Assembly: GCA_035650035.1 (NCBI GenBank)
Contig: DASRIK010000246.1
Coordinates: forward strand, 1 to 38,915
Source of the DNA: Burkholderiales bacterium
GTDB taxonomy: Bacteria > Pseudomonadota > Gammaproteobacteria > Burkholderiales > SG8-41
Reading direction: 5' to 3'
DNA: 38,915 nt
Positions 9,198-19,215 of this stretch are shown piece by piece; position 1 is the stretch's first letter, and every line of letters begins with the position of its first letter. The notes beneath the pieces are model-generated. The model saw only the letters and a list, made by a program, of their open reading frames with translations, made no database searches and was not told where the DNA came from. The position numbers were made by a program, and so were the translations under genes.

Positions 9198-10949
9198 TCA
9201 GCGGTCCGAGCGACCGCCGCCGCTCAACTCGCGCTCGCGCCGGGCGCCGGGCCCTTGTCCGCGATGCCCGTCGTCGCCGCGCTGTGGTTGCGCTGCCGGT
9301 GGCGCGGGAGGCGGCGGCTGCTTCGCAGCAAGCTCGCGCTGCCGTCGTGCCCCGGGCCCTTGTCCGCGATGGCCTTCGTCTCCGCCCTGCGCCTGCGCTG
9401 GCGGCGAAATCGGCGCGGTAGTCGGTGCGATGGGCGCCGCCGGTGGTGCGATGGGTGCAGCAGCGGCACGCGGCGGCTGTGGAGCTGCCGCCTGCTGCGG
9501 CATGCGAGGAACTCCAATGGCTTCCGGGCCCCGGCCCGCGCGCTCTGTGCGCATCGGTAACGCGTCCACGCGGCCGGGCAGCGGCTCCGAACGATTCGCG
9601 AGCTCGCGCTCGCGCCGCGCGCCCGGACCGAATCCTCGATGCCCTTCATCGCCGCGCTGCGGTTGCGCGACCGAAACGGGCGGAGCAGGCGGTGCGACAC
9701 GAACCGGTTCGGCCGGAGCGCGATCGCGCAGGATTTCGGCTCGCGCGAGGTCCGTCTGCGCAAGCTGCATGCGTGAGCGCGCAACATGGCGACCCGATAC
9801 GAAGCTATCGCGCGACACGACAGTCACCGCATCCGGCCGATGGCGATGAACATGTCGAACGTCCACGTTCGTCACGTTCGTCACGTGTGTGACGTTCACG
9901 TTCGCGACATGCCTGTGGCTCGCGCGGTACCACGGATGGAAAGGCTCGCGCCACCCGAGCGGGAACCAGCCCACGGGCGGTCCGCTCGCCATGCTGACCG
10001 ACCAGTGCGGTCCGCCGATGAATGCAACGAGCGCCGGCGCATAAATGGGCCGCCGCACGAACCGTCCTGGCGTCCATGCCCAGTGATTCCCCAGCCATAC
10101 CCAGCGGCCGTAGTGGAAAGGCGCAAATCCCCATGGCGCATCGTCGACCCAGGTCCAGCCCCACGGCGATACCCAGAACCAGCGGCCATGACGGTAAGGC
10201 GCCCAACCCGGCGAAACGCGCGCCGGCGTCCATACCGGACCGTATTCGGGCACGGTCCGCCACGAGCCATGGTGATCGAGATCCTGGTAACCGGTCATCT
10301 GGGATGACACGTAACGCGTAGACGCTACGCTGTCCGCCCGCCGGTCGCGCTCGGCGCTCCACCGGTCGAACTCGTCCATCGACGCATGCGCAAGCTCGAA
10401 CGCTGCTTGGCCGGTCGGCGATATCACCGCGATCTGATCAGCCGGCACCAGGAAGCGCCGCGCGGACGTGGCGACCTCGAGCTCGCCGAAATTCACCGCG
10501 ACGCGCGTCGTACCCGACTGCGGATCGGCGGTGATCCGATAGCTTCCCGGCTGCCGTACCGCAACAGAGCCGGCAGACGTGAACACTTCTATGTAGTCGT
10601 CGGCGTCGAGCTCGCGCACGCGCAAAGCAACGATACCTTGCTCGAGCCGGAGCTCGACATGGCTGTCATCCAGGCGAACGATATCGAGCGCCGTCAGCGG
10701 GGCCAGGCGCACTGCGGTCGAGCCGACGTGAAGCTCGGCGCGCGCATCGCGGTCGGCCCACAGGCGGTCGCCTCCCGTCAACGGGCGATTCATCACGGCT
10801 TCGGACCAGTCGCGCGCATCGACTGCTGCGAAGGACACCGCGCCGGAGACGTAATTGAGCCTTCCGACCCGACCGGGCGGGTCGGCATAAGCCGGCGCTG
10901 CAGCCAAGAACGCAGTCAGGAGGAGAAGAGCGTTTAGGGTTTTGCGCAT
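9198..10949 (-). CDS. Secreted FecR-like / DUF6600-like protein with a Trp-rich core and a Pro/Ala/Arg-rich repeat tail
   Basis: The 583-aa ORF has a signal peptide (MRKTLNALLLLTAFLAAAPAYA). The N-terminal block PPGRVGRLNYVSGAVSF...NRPLTGGDRLW resembles FecR-type beta-sandwich proteins. A W-x-x-G-x-W-rich segment and three C-terminal repeats follow. The family name is recalled, not searched. Confidence 0.6.
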   Translation of the reverse strand: MRKTLNALLLLTAFLAAAPAYADPPGRVGRLNYVSGAVSFAAVDARDWSEAVMNRPLTGGDRLWADRDARAELHVGSTAVRLAPLTALDIVRLDDSHVELRLEQGIVALRVRELDADDYIEVFTSAGSVAVRQPGSYRITADPQSGTTRVAVNFGELEVATSARRFLVPADQIAVISPTGQAAFELAHASMDEFDRWSAERDRRADSVASTRYVSSQMTGYQDLDHHGSWRTVPEYGPVWTPARVSPGWAPYRHGRWFWVSPWGWTWVDDAPWGFAPFHYGRWVWLGNHWAWTPGRFVRRPIYAPALVAFIGGPHWSVSMASGPPVGWFPLGWREPFHPWYRASHRHVANVNVTHVTNVTNVDVRHVHRHRPDAVTVVSRDSFVSGRHVARSRMQLAQTDLARAEILRDRAPAEPVRVAPPAPPVSVAQPQRGDEGHRGFGPGARRERELANRSEPLPGRVDALPMRTERAGRGPEAIGVPRMPQQAAAPQPPRAAAAPIAPPAAPIAPTTAPISPPAQAQGGDEGHRGQGPGARRQRELAAKQPPPPAPPAAQPQRGDDGHRGQGPGARRERELSGGGRSDR

Positions 10950-11072
10950 CGCATCACCTGAAAACCGATCGGTACCACATATGACCGTACTTTACGGCCG
11001 ATTGATCCGGGCGGAGCGGTGGAATTACAAAGTCTTACAAACCGGAGCGCGCCGCAGGCCGCAGGGGACGCG

Positions 11073-11930
11073 TCACTGGTTCATCGCGGTCGCGAGCTTC
11101 CTGCGGAATTCGCTGACGAGCTCGCCCTGGTTACCGAGAAGCTCGAAAACCTTGAGCATGGTCTTACGGGCGACGTCGTCTCCATAGCGTCGGTCGGCGC
11201 GGACGGCTTCCAGGAGGTGCTCCAACGCTTCGCGGTAGGCTTTGCGGGCGACGTTCACGTGCGCGAGCTGGAGTCGTGCTTCCATATCGCTTGGGTTTTC
11301 CGCGAGGCGCTGCGTGAGCCGCTCTTCGGAAGGCGCTTCCGCCGCGCCCTGGGCGAGATCGAGCTTGGCTTTGAGGGCGCTTACCCGTTCGTCCATCTGC
11401 GTAAGCGGCGCGAGCTTCGCAATGATCCCGCGTGCCTCGTCGTATCTCCTGATCTCGGTCAGCAGCGCAGCCCGTGCGATCTGCACTTCTTCGTTCGCGG
11501 GTTCCAACTCGCTTGATTGGGCGAGCAGCTCCAGCGGCCGCGTCGCGTCGTGCGTCTGCGCGTAGAGGCTGAAGGCCTCGGTAAGCAGTTCCTGCGCAGG
11601 AGTGGGGAAGAGCCGGTCGAGGAATTCGCGCACGGCTCTTTCGGGCAGAGCGCCCGTGAACTCGTCGACGACGCGTCCGTCAGAGAACGCCTTTACGCTC
11701 GGAATGCCGCGCACGCCGTAGCGTGCCGAGAGCTCCGGGTTTTCATCGGAATTCACTTTTGCCAGGATGAAGCGCCCGTCGTACTCCGCGGCGAGCTTCT
11801 CCAGGATCGGCGTCAGCGCGCGGCATGGCGCGCACCACGGAGCCCAGAAGTCGACGACAACAGGTGTCTTTTTAGAACCTTCGATGACGACCGGCTCGAA
11901 GGTCCTGGCGTCGACTTCGACGATATGCAT
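11073..11930 (-). CDS. Thioredoxin-domain protein with a C-terminal TPR-like domain (YbbN/CnoX-like, with an intact CxxC)
   Basis: The active site FWAPWCAPC is present. A roughly 170-aa helical Ala/Leu/Glu-rich C-terminal half follows. A GAGGAGG RBS lies in the 18-nt spacer after purB. Confidence 0.85.
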   Translation of the reverse strand: MHIVEVDARTFEPVVIEGSKKTPVVVDFWAPWCAPCRALTPILEKLAAEYDGRFILAKVNSDENPELSARYGVRGIPSVKAFSDGRVVDEFTGALPERAVREFLDRLFPTPAQELLTEAFSLYAQTHDATRPLELLAQSSELEPANEEVQIARAALLTEIRRYDEARGIIAKLAPLTQMDERVSALKAKLDLAQGAAEAPSEERLTQRLAENPSDMEARLQLAHVNVARKAYREALEHLLEAVRADRRYGDDVARKTMLKVFELLGNQGELVSEFRRKLATAMNQ

Positions 11931-11948
11931 TCGGCCTCCTCGGCCTTC

Positions 11949-13337
<1,389 letters not shown>

Positions 13338-13367
13338 CTAAGCAAAGGAAAACCTTCCGATTTTAAC

Positions 13368-14732
13368 ATGCACGCCGCCTCCGCCATGACGACACCTGCC
13401 GCACGCACCCTTGCCGAATTCGCAGTCGGATTGCACTACGAAAGAATACCGAACGAGGTCATCCAGCGCGCCAAGACCTGCATCATCGACACCATCGGCG
13501 CAATGACTTTCGGTGCGCCCCTTCCCTGGAGCCGCATCATGATCGAATACGTGCAGCGCACGAGCCTGCCCGGCAAAGGTTCGATCGTCGGGACGACTCA
13601 CAAGGTGCGCGGACAAATGGCGGCACTCGCGAACGGCGTGCTTGCGCATTCATTCGAGCTGGACAGTCTCTGTCAGCCCGGCGTGGGCGTGCATCCGGGC
13701 GCGTCGCTCACGGCGCCGGGCATTCCGGTCGCGCAGGCGCAAGGCCGAAGCGGCAAGGAGCTTCTTACTGCGTTCGTCGCCGGTTTCGAAGTGATGTATC
13801 GAATCGGCGACGCGACGTGCCATTCCAGCGAATCGATCGGCTTTCACAACCCCGGTTTGACGGGCGTATTCGGGGGCGCAGTCATCGCCGGTCTGCTGAT
13901 GAAGCTCGACTCCGACCGCATGACCAATGCGCTGGGGATCGCCGGCTCGCTCTGCTCGGGGCTGCTCGAGTTTTCACGTTCGGGCGGCGGCATGGTGAAG
14001 CGCATGCATCTCGGGCGCGCGGCTGAAGGCGGAGCGCTGGCAGCTACGTTGGCGCGTGAAGGCTTCACGGGACCGCCGACCGTGCTCGAGGGGCACTACG
14101 GCTTTCTCGCGGCGTTCGCGAAGGAGCGCGACCCCGCGCGTCTCACGAAAGGCCTCGGCGAAGAGTGGCACACGCTCAAGACCATGCTGAAACGCTACGC
14201 GTGCCACATTACCGCTCACGTACCCGTCACCGCTGCGCTGGAGCTCAAAGCGAAGCACGGCATTCGCGGCGCCGATGTCGCGGCCGTCACCATTGCGGCG
14301 GACGAGAAAGTACAGAGCCACCACAACATCACGGAGCCGCGCGACACGATGATGTGCCAGTACAGCGTACCGTTCTGCGTAGCGCTCGCGCTGCATCGGG
14401 ATCCGGAAGACCCGCGCGTTTTCGGAGAAGACACATTGAACGATGCATCGATCCGCGAAGTTTGCCGCAACACGACGGTCACGAAGATTCCGGCCGCCAA
14501 AGCGCGTCACCGCTATTCGACCGTGCTCACGATTCGCCTCAAGGACGGCCGCGAGCTCTCGACGGAAGCGCACGACTTCGAAGGCATGCCTTCGCGGCCG
14601 CTCCGGCCCGAGCAGCTGCGGGCCAAATTTCTGAAGCTCACCGCGGATACGAAAGCGATGAACCCGGAGGCCGTGCTCGCACGCCTCGAAAAACTCGAGG
14701 ACCAGGAGAGCGTTACGCCGATCCTGGATTAG
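13368..14732 (+). CDS. MmgE/PrpD family protein (2-methylcitrate dehydratase-like)
   Basis: Start is trimmed to ATG 13368 because the ORF-track start at 12810 is antisense to purB. The N-terminus (ARTLAEFAVGLHYERIPNEVIQRAKTCIIDTIG) is typical of the PrpD family. The exact start is uncertain, with an alternative at 13386. Confidence 0.82.
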   Translation: MHAASAMTTPAARTLAEFAVGLHYERIPNEVIQRAKTCIIDTIGAMTFGAPLPWSRIMIEYVQRTSLPGKGSIVGTTHKVRGQMAALANGVLAHSFELDSLCQPGVGVHPGASLTAPGIPVAQAQGRSGKELLTAFVAGFEVMYRIGDATCHSSESIGFHNPGLTGVFGGAVIAGLLMKLDSDRMTNALGIAGSLCSGLLEFSRSGGGMVKRMHLGRAAEGGALAATLAREGFTGPPTVLEGHYGFLAAFAKERDPARLTKGLGEEWHTLKTMLKRYACHITAHVPVTAALELKAKHGIRGADVAAVTIAADEKVQSHHNITEPRDTMMCQYSVPFCVALALHRDPEDPRVFGEDTLNDASIREVCRNTTVTKIPAAKARHRYSTVLTIRLKDGRELSTEAHDFEGMPSRPLRPEQLRAKFLKLTADTKAMNPEAVLARLEKLEDQESVTPILD

Positions 14733-14815
14733 CCTCTCGAAAGCTCCGCAAAATTTCCGCTGCAGATCCGCAACGCACGCTCACCGACTGGGCGCTTCTC
14801 ATCGCGCTCGTCGCC

Positions 14816-15649
14816 ATGTGGGGCTCGTCGTTCATGTTCAACAAGATCGGCGTGGCGACGGTTCCGCCGCTCACGCTTGTCGCGGGGCGTCTGACGCTAG
14901 GCACGATCACGCTGCTCGTGCTCCTGTATGCAAAAGGGCTGCGGCTGCCGCCGCCCGGGAAGATGTGGGTCGCGTATGGCGTGCTCGGCGTCGTCGGTAA
15001 CGCGCTTCCCTTTTTCCTGATCACATGGGGTCAGCAGGTGGTCGACAGCGCGCTCGCAGGCATCCTCATGGCGGCGATGCCGCTGGTGACGCTAGTGCTC
15101 GCTCATTTTCTCGTTCAGGGCGAGCGCATGACGGGCGCGCGCGTGACGGGGTTCGCGCTGGGCTTCGTCGGGATCGTATTTCTGATGGGGCCTGCTGCGG
15201 CGGAAGGGCTGGGCGGGGCCGCGCTGCAGGTGATTTCGCAGCTTTCGATTCTCGGCGGTGCGCTGTGTTATTCGGCGAACAGCGTGATGGCGCGACTTCT
15301 CGTGAAAAGCGATTTCCTCGTCGCCGCAACGGCGACTTTGCTCGTCTCCGCGATTCTGGTGCTGCCGCTCGCAGTGGTTATGGACGAGCCCTGGAAACTG
15401 CAACCGAGCGGGTCTTCGGTCGCCGCCATCGCCTGGCTGGGCGTTGGCCCCACTGCGATCGCGACCATACTGTACTTCCGGCTGATCAGTTCCGCCGGCC
15501 CCACTTTCATGTCTCTCGTGAACTACCTCAGTCCCGCCATCGCCGTATTTCTCGGCGTGACGCTGCTCGGCGAGCACCCGGGGGTCAACGCGTATGCGGG
15601 CCTCGTCCTGATACTCACGGGCGTCGCGCTGAGCCAGTGGCGGCGCTAG
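14816..15649 (+). CDS. EamA/DMT family transporter
   Basis: About ten predicted TM helices, with WGSSFMFNKIGV and LGEHP motifs typical of EamA repeats. The first canonical start is ATG 14816, but conserved-looking sequence (TLTDWALLIALVA) continues upstream in frame, so the 5' end is uncertain. Confidence 0.75.
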   Translation: MWGSSFMFNKIGVATVPPLTLVAGRLTLGTITLLVLLYAKGLRLPPPGKMWVAYGVLGVVGNALPFFLITWGQQVVDSALAGILMAAMPLVTLVLAHFLVQGERMTGARVTGFALGFVGIVFLMGPAAAEGLGGAALQVISQLSILGGALCYSANSVMARLLVKSDFLVAATATLLVSAILVLPLAVVMDEPWKLQPSGSSVAAIAWLGVGPTAIATILYFRLISSAGPTFMSLVNYLSPAIAVFLGVTLLGEHPGVNAYAGLVLILTGVALSQWRR

Positions 15650-15774
15650 GGCTCCTTACCTTTAGCCACTTGAAAAATCGCGGATTCGCCCAACGTGAGA
15701 AAGGCGGGCACCGCTATTGCTATTGAGCGGGTAGGCAGCCACAACGTGCCGATCGCGAGAAAGGACGCTTTGAA

Positions 15775-16008
15775 ATGAACGTCATTTACAACAGCGACAA
15801 CTATTACGTCGTCGAGTACCCCGGGCAGCACGGGTACGAGCTCGTCGACAAGCATGCGGCGCGTGGCACATACCTGAGCGGCGACGCCGCGGACAAATTC
15901 CTCGAGTCGATGAAGATCGCGATCGCGGAAGACGCGTCGGCAGAGAACGTCGACGAATTCCTCGATAAGCTCGACGTGCTGTTCAACCTGCCGGTGGTGT
16001 TTCACTGA
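15775..16008 (+). CDS. Small conserved hypothetical protein (DUF3567-like)
   Basis: The 77-aa acidic ORF starts MNVIYNSDNYYVVEY, which resembles small Burkholderiales DUF3567 proteins from memory. GAAAGGA lies upstream of the ATG. Confidence 0.55.
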   Translation: MNVIYNSDNYYVVEYPGQHGYELVDKHAARGTYLSGDAADKFLESMKIAIAEDASAENVDEFLDKLDVLFNLPVVFH

Positions 16009-16050
16009 TGCGCGCGTGCGCGCGCGGAGCGGCGCACGATCGGATCACCC

Positions 16051-17019
16051 TCAGTCCAGCTGAATCTTCGCGAACTTCGCCACTTTCGCCCATTTCGCGG
16101 CTTCGGTCCTGATGAAAGCGGCAAACTCTGCCGGGGAGTTCCCGCCCGCGAGCGCGCCGTTCTTGAGCAGCTGCTCCCTGCCGGCGGGCGAGCGAAGCTC
16201 GGCTACGACCGGGGCGTGAATTCTGTTCACGATCTCCTGCGGCGTCCCCGCGGGCATGACGACGCCGTTCCACGATCCGCCGTCAAAGCCTTTGACGCCG
16301 CTTTCTTCGACGCTCGGGAGCTCCGGCATCGCGGGAAAGCGCTCGCGCGTGGAGACGGCAACCGCTTTGAGACGGCCGTTTCTTACGTGCGGGATGACGC
16401 CGATCGCGGTGTTGAATGCGAGCTGCACCTGGCCCGAGATCTGATCGAGCACCGCAGGTGCCTGTCCTTTATAGGGCACGTGCACGACGTCGATCGAGGT
16501 CAGGGACTTCAGCATTTCCATGAGCATGTGCGGACTCGTGCCGTTACCCGTCGAGGCGTAGGACATCTGGCCAGGCCTGGACTTCGCCAGAGCGACGAGG
16601 TCCTTCACCGTTTTCACGGGCAGCGCCGGATGCACGGTGAGCATGCTCGGTAGCTGGGCGGCGAGGGTGACGTGCGCAAAATCCTTCACGGGATCGAAAG
16701 GCAGCTTGCGATAAATTGCCGGCGCAATGCTTTGCGCAACCGTCATGATGCAGACGACCGAGCCGTCCGGCGGCGACTTCGCACAGACTTCCATTCCGAT
16801 GTTTCCACCCGCGCCGGCGCGGTTGTCGGGCACGAACTGCACGCCGTACGTTTTGGTGAGTATGTCGGCCACCATGCGGCCGATGATGTCGGTCGGGCCG
16901 CCCGGCGGAAACGGTATGAGGACGCGCACCGGCTTGGAGGGATACTGCTGAGCGTGCGCCGGGAGGCATGCGGTGGCTGCGAGCAAGGCAGCGCTGAGGA
17001 GAAGTGTATGCGACGTCAT
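16051..17019 (-). CDS. Tripartite tricarboxylate transporter substrate-binding protein (Bug/TctC family)
   Basis: Signal peptide plus the hallmark QQYPSKPVRVLIPFPPGGPTD. The length of 322 aa is typical for the family. Confidence 0.9.
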   Translation of the reverse strand: MTSHTLLLSAALLAATACLPAHAQQYPSKPVRVLIPFPPGGPTDIIGRMVADILTKTYGVQFVPDNRAGAGGNIGMEVCAKSPPDGSVVCIMTVAQSIAPAIYRKLPFDPVKDFAHVTLAAQLPSMLTVHPALPVKTVKDLVALAKSRPGQMSYASTGNGTSPHMLMEMLKSLTSIDVVHVPYKGQAPAVLDQISGQVQLAFNTAIGVIPHVRNGRLKAVAVSTRERFPAMPELPSVEESGVKGFDGGSWNGVVMPAGTPQEIVNRIHAPVVAELRSPAGREQLLKNGALAGGNSPAEFAAFIRTEAAKWAKVAKFAKIQLD

Positions 17020-17078
17020 GATGGGCCCTCTGTCGTAAAAAAATGCGAACGCAATGATCCCACATAGAGACGCATCGG

Positions 17079-17714
17079 ATGCCAGCGAAAAACTACGACT
17101 TACACGGTAACGCGCCGGACAGGTGCGATGTCGCGCTGCTGCTGGTCGACGTCATCAACGACCTCGAATTCGCGAACGGAAAGCAGTTGCTGAAGCCGGC
17201 GCTGCCCGCGGCGCGGCACATCGCCGCGTTGAAGCAACGCGCGCGCGACGCGCGAATACCCGTCATCTATGCGAACGACAATTTCGGCCGCTGGCGCTCC
17301 GATTTCAACGAGGTCGTGGAACACTGCCTCCGGGACGATGTGACCGGACGTCCGATCGTCGAGCTCCTGGCGCCGCAGCGTGAAGACTATTTCGTGCTGA
17401 AACCGAAGCACTCGGCGTTTTTCGCAACCGTGCTCCAGACGCTGCTCGAATACCTCAAGGCCAAACGCCTGATCCTCGCGGGATTCGCCGGGGATGTGTG
17501 CGTCCTCATCACGGCAGCGGATGCTTACCTGCGCGACTTCGAAATCTACGTTCCTCGCGACTGCACCGCGTCGGCTTCGGAGGTGGAGAACCGCAAAGCG
17601 CTGCAGTACATGGCGCGCGTGCTGCACGCGGACACAACGCCGTCGGGCAAGCTCGATTTGCGGAAGCTGGCCGGCCGCTCGAAACACGGCGCGAAAACCC
17701 GCCGCGCTGGCTGA
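17079..17714 (+). CDS. Isochorismatase-family cysteine hydrolase
   Basis: ALLLVDVINDF-like start, KPKHSAFF, and the catalytic-Cys block LAGFAGDVCV. Confidence 0.85.
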   Translation: MPAKNYDLHGNAPDRCDVALLLVDVINDLEFANGKQLLKPALPAARHIAALKQRARDARIPVIYANDNFGRWRSDFNEVVEHCLRDDVTGRPIVELLAPQREDYFVLKPKHSAFFATVLQTLLEYLKAKRLILAGFAGDVCVLITAADAYLRDFEIYVPRDCTASASEVENRKALQYMARVLHADTTPSGKLDLRKLAGRSKHGAKTRRAG

Positions 17715-17736
17715 GAAGTCCGTACGTGGAGCGGCC

Positions 17737-18501
17737 TCAGGGCCGATAACCGATCGCGCGGGAGATCTGCTCGGCCGTGCTGCGCACCGTTCGCGCCCAT
17801 TCCTTGTTCAGGCGATCGGAAGGCGCGGAGACGGAGAGCCCGGCGACCACGCGTCCTTCGTCGTTGTAGATCGCCGCGCCGATACAGGACACGCCTTTTT
17901 CGGCTTCCTCGTTGTCGAACGCGTAACCCTGTCCGCGGATCCGCTCGAGCTCGCGGGCGAGCGCTTCGCCATCCGTGAGCGTGTTGTCCGTGTAGCGCCG
18001 CAGCCCGCTGCGCTTCACGTACTCGGTCCAGCTCCCGGCGCCGTCGTACGCAAGAAACACCTTGCCGACGGCCGTGACGTGCAGCGGCGCACGTGTACCG
18101 ATGATCTGCACCACGCGCATCATCGAGCCGCCCGGCGCGGTGCGCTCGATGTACACCACCTCGTCGTTCTGACGAACGCTCAGATTGACCGTTTCGCCAA
18201 GCTCCTGATGCAGCGTCTGCATGTACGGCAGCGCTTGCTGTCGCACGCTGATTCGCGATTTGACGAGATTGCCGAGCTCGAGCAGGCGTATGCCGAGACG
18301 GTACGTTCCGGGTTCGATACGATCGACGAGACGGCTTTCCACCATCACGCTCAAGATCCGGTGAGCCGTCGAAGGATGCAGACCCGTCTCGGTGGCAAGC
18401 AGCTTCAGATTGACCGGCGACGTGTGCTCCGCAAGCGCATCGAGCAGCGTCATCATCCGCTCGATGACCTGTATAGAAGACTTGGCTTCGTTCGCGGCCA
18501 T
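17737..18501 (-). CDS. IclR family transcriptional regulator
   Basis: Start is trimmed to ATG 18501 (MAANEAKSSIQVIERMMTLLDALAE...LHPSTAHRIL is the wHTH). The C-terminal effector domain carries YAFDNEEAEKGVSCIGAAI. Confidence 0.88.
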   Translation of the reverse strand: MAANEAKSSIQVIERMMTLLDALAEHTSPVNLKLLATETGLHPSTAHRILSVMVESRLVDRIEPGTYRLGIRLLELGNLVKSRISVRQQALPYMQTLHQELGETVNLSVRQNDEVVYIERTAPGGSMMRVVQIIGTRAPLHVTAVGKVFLAYDGAGSWTEYVKRSGLRRYTDNTLTDGEALARELERIRGQGYAFDNEEAEKGVSCIGAAIYNDEGRVVAGLSVSAPSDRLNKEWARTVRSTAEQISRAIGYRP

Positions 18502-18539
18502 GTGGCCATCCAGCCGAGGCGGGGTGAATCGCCAGATTT

Positions 18540-18545
18540 TATAAT
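18540..18545 (+). promoter_or_regulatory. Perfect TATAAT hexamer in the AT-rich core of the IclR/greB divergent spacer
   Basis: gattttTATAATatgcaat lies 75 nt upstream of the greB ATG. No convincing -35 is found at 17-nt spacing, so orientation and use are uncertain. Confidence 0.25.
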
Positions 18546-18619
18546 ATGCAATCCGAAGGCACAACGAGCCGCATCGGTGGACCGGCGCGCGCTGGCCTGC
18601 GTGGCGAAGCAGTACACTA

Positions 18620-19168
18620 GTGCCCATGCATGAACAGGGCGGAACGAAGTCGGCGGCGGGAAGACAACGGAACGAGGCCGGCAGCGCGCCGCGCAATTAC
18701 ATGACCCCGCAAGGGTACGCACGGCTGAAGAGCGAGCTCAAGCAACTGCTCGATGCCGAGCGCCCGGAGATCGTGAAAGTCATCGCGTGGGCTGCGTCGA
18801 ACGGCGACCGTTCCGAAAACGGTGACTATATTTACGGCAAGAGACGGTTGCGCGATATCGATCGCCGCATCCGCTATCTCACGAAGCGTCTCGAATCCGC
18901 CGTCGTTGTCGATCCGGCAGCGCGCGGTGATATCGACCAGGTCTATTTCGGCGCGACCGTGACTTACGCGACAGGCTCCGGCGATGAGCGCACCATCAGT
19001 ATCGTTGGCATCGACGAAGTCGACGCCGGCCGCGGCCGTGTGAGCTGGATTTCGCCGATTGCGAAAGCGTTGCTGCGGAAGCAGGCGGGGGACAGAGTGA
19101 GGCTCGCGACGCCCGCCGGCACAGAAGAGATCGAAGTGCTCGATGTGTCGTACGAGCCGCTGCTCTGA
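18620..19168 (+). CDS. greB: Transcription elongation factor GreB
   Basis: NYMTPQGYARLKSEL and WAASNGDRSENGDYIYGKRRLRDIDRRIRYL are classic GreA/B coiled-coil motifs. The basic N-terminal extension before NY(I/M)TP is typical of beta-proteobacterial GreB. The start could be 18620 or 18626. Confidence 0.88.
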   Translation: MPMHEQGGTKSAAGRQRNEAGSAPRNYMTPQGYARLKSELKQLLDAERPEIVKVIAWAASNGDRSENGDYIYGKRRLRDIDRRIRYLTKRLESAVVVDPAARGDIDQVYFGATVTYATGSGDERTISIVGIDEVDAGRGRVSWISPIAKALLRKQAGDRVRLATPAGTEEIEVLDVSYEPLL

Positions 19169-19215
19169 CTCCTCCCGTTACCTTTACTCGTAACTCGTCA
19201 CCCGTTCTGTCAGAC

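Noticed and set aside
9191-9204. The 14-bp palindrome CCGCTGATCAGCGG overlapping the stop codon of the secreted FecR-like gene
   Set aside because: It is short, lies partly in coding sequence, is not repeated elsewhere in the window, and has no supporting context.
16009-16027. A GC-only hairpin (GCGCG-cgtg-CGCGC) between the convergent DUF3567-like and TctC genes, considered as a bidirectional terminator
   Set aside because: The stem is short and has no flanking U- or A-tracts. It is alternating GC that could pair in many registers. This is not enough to call it.
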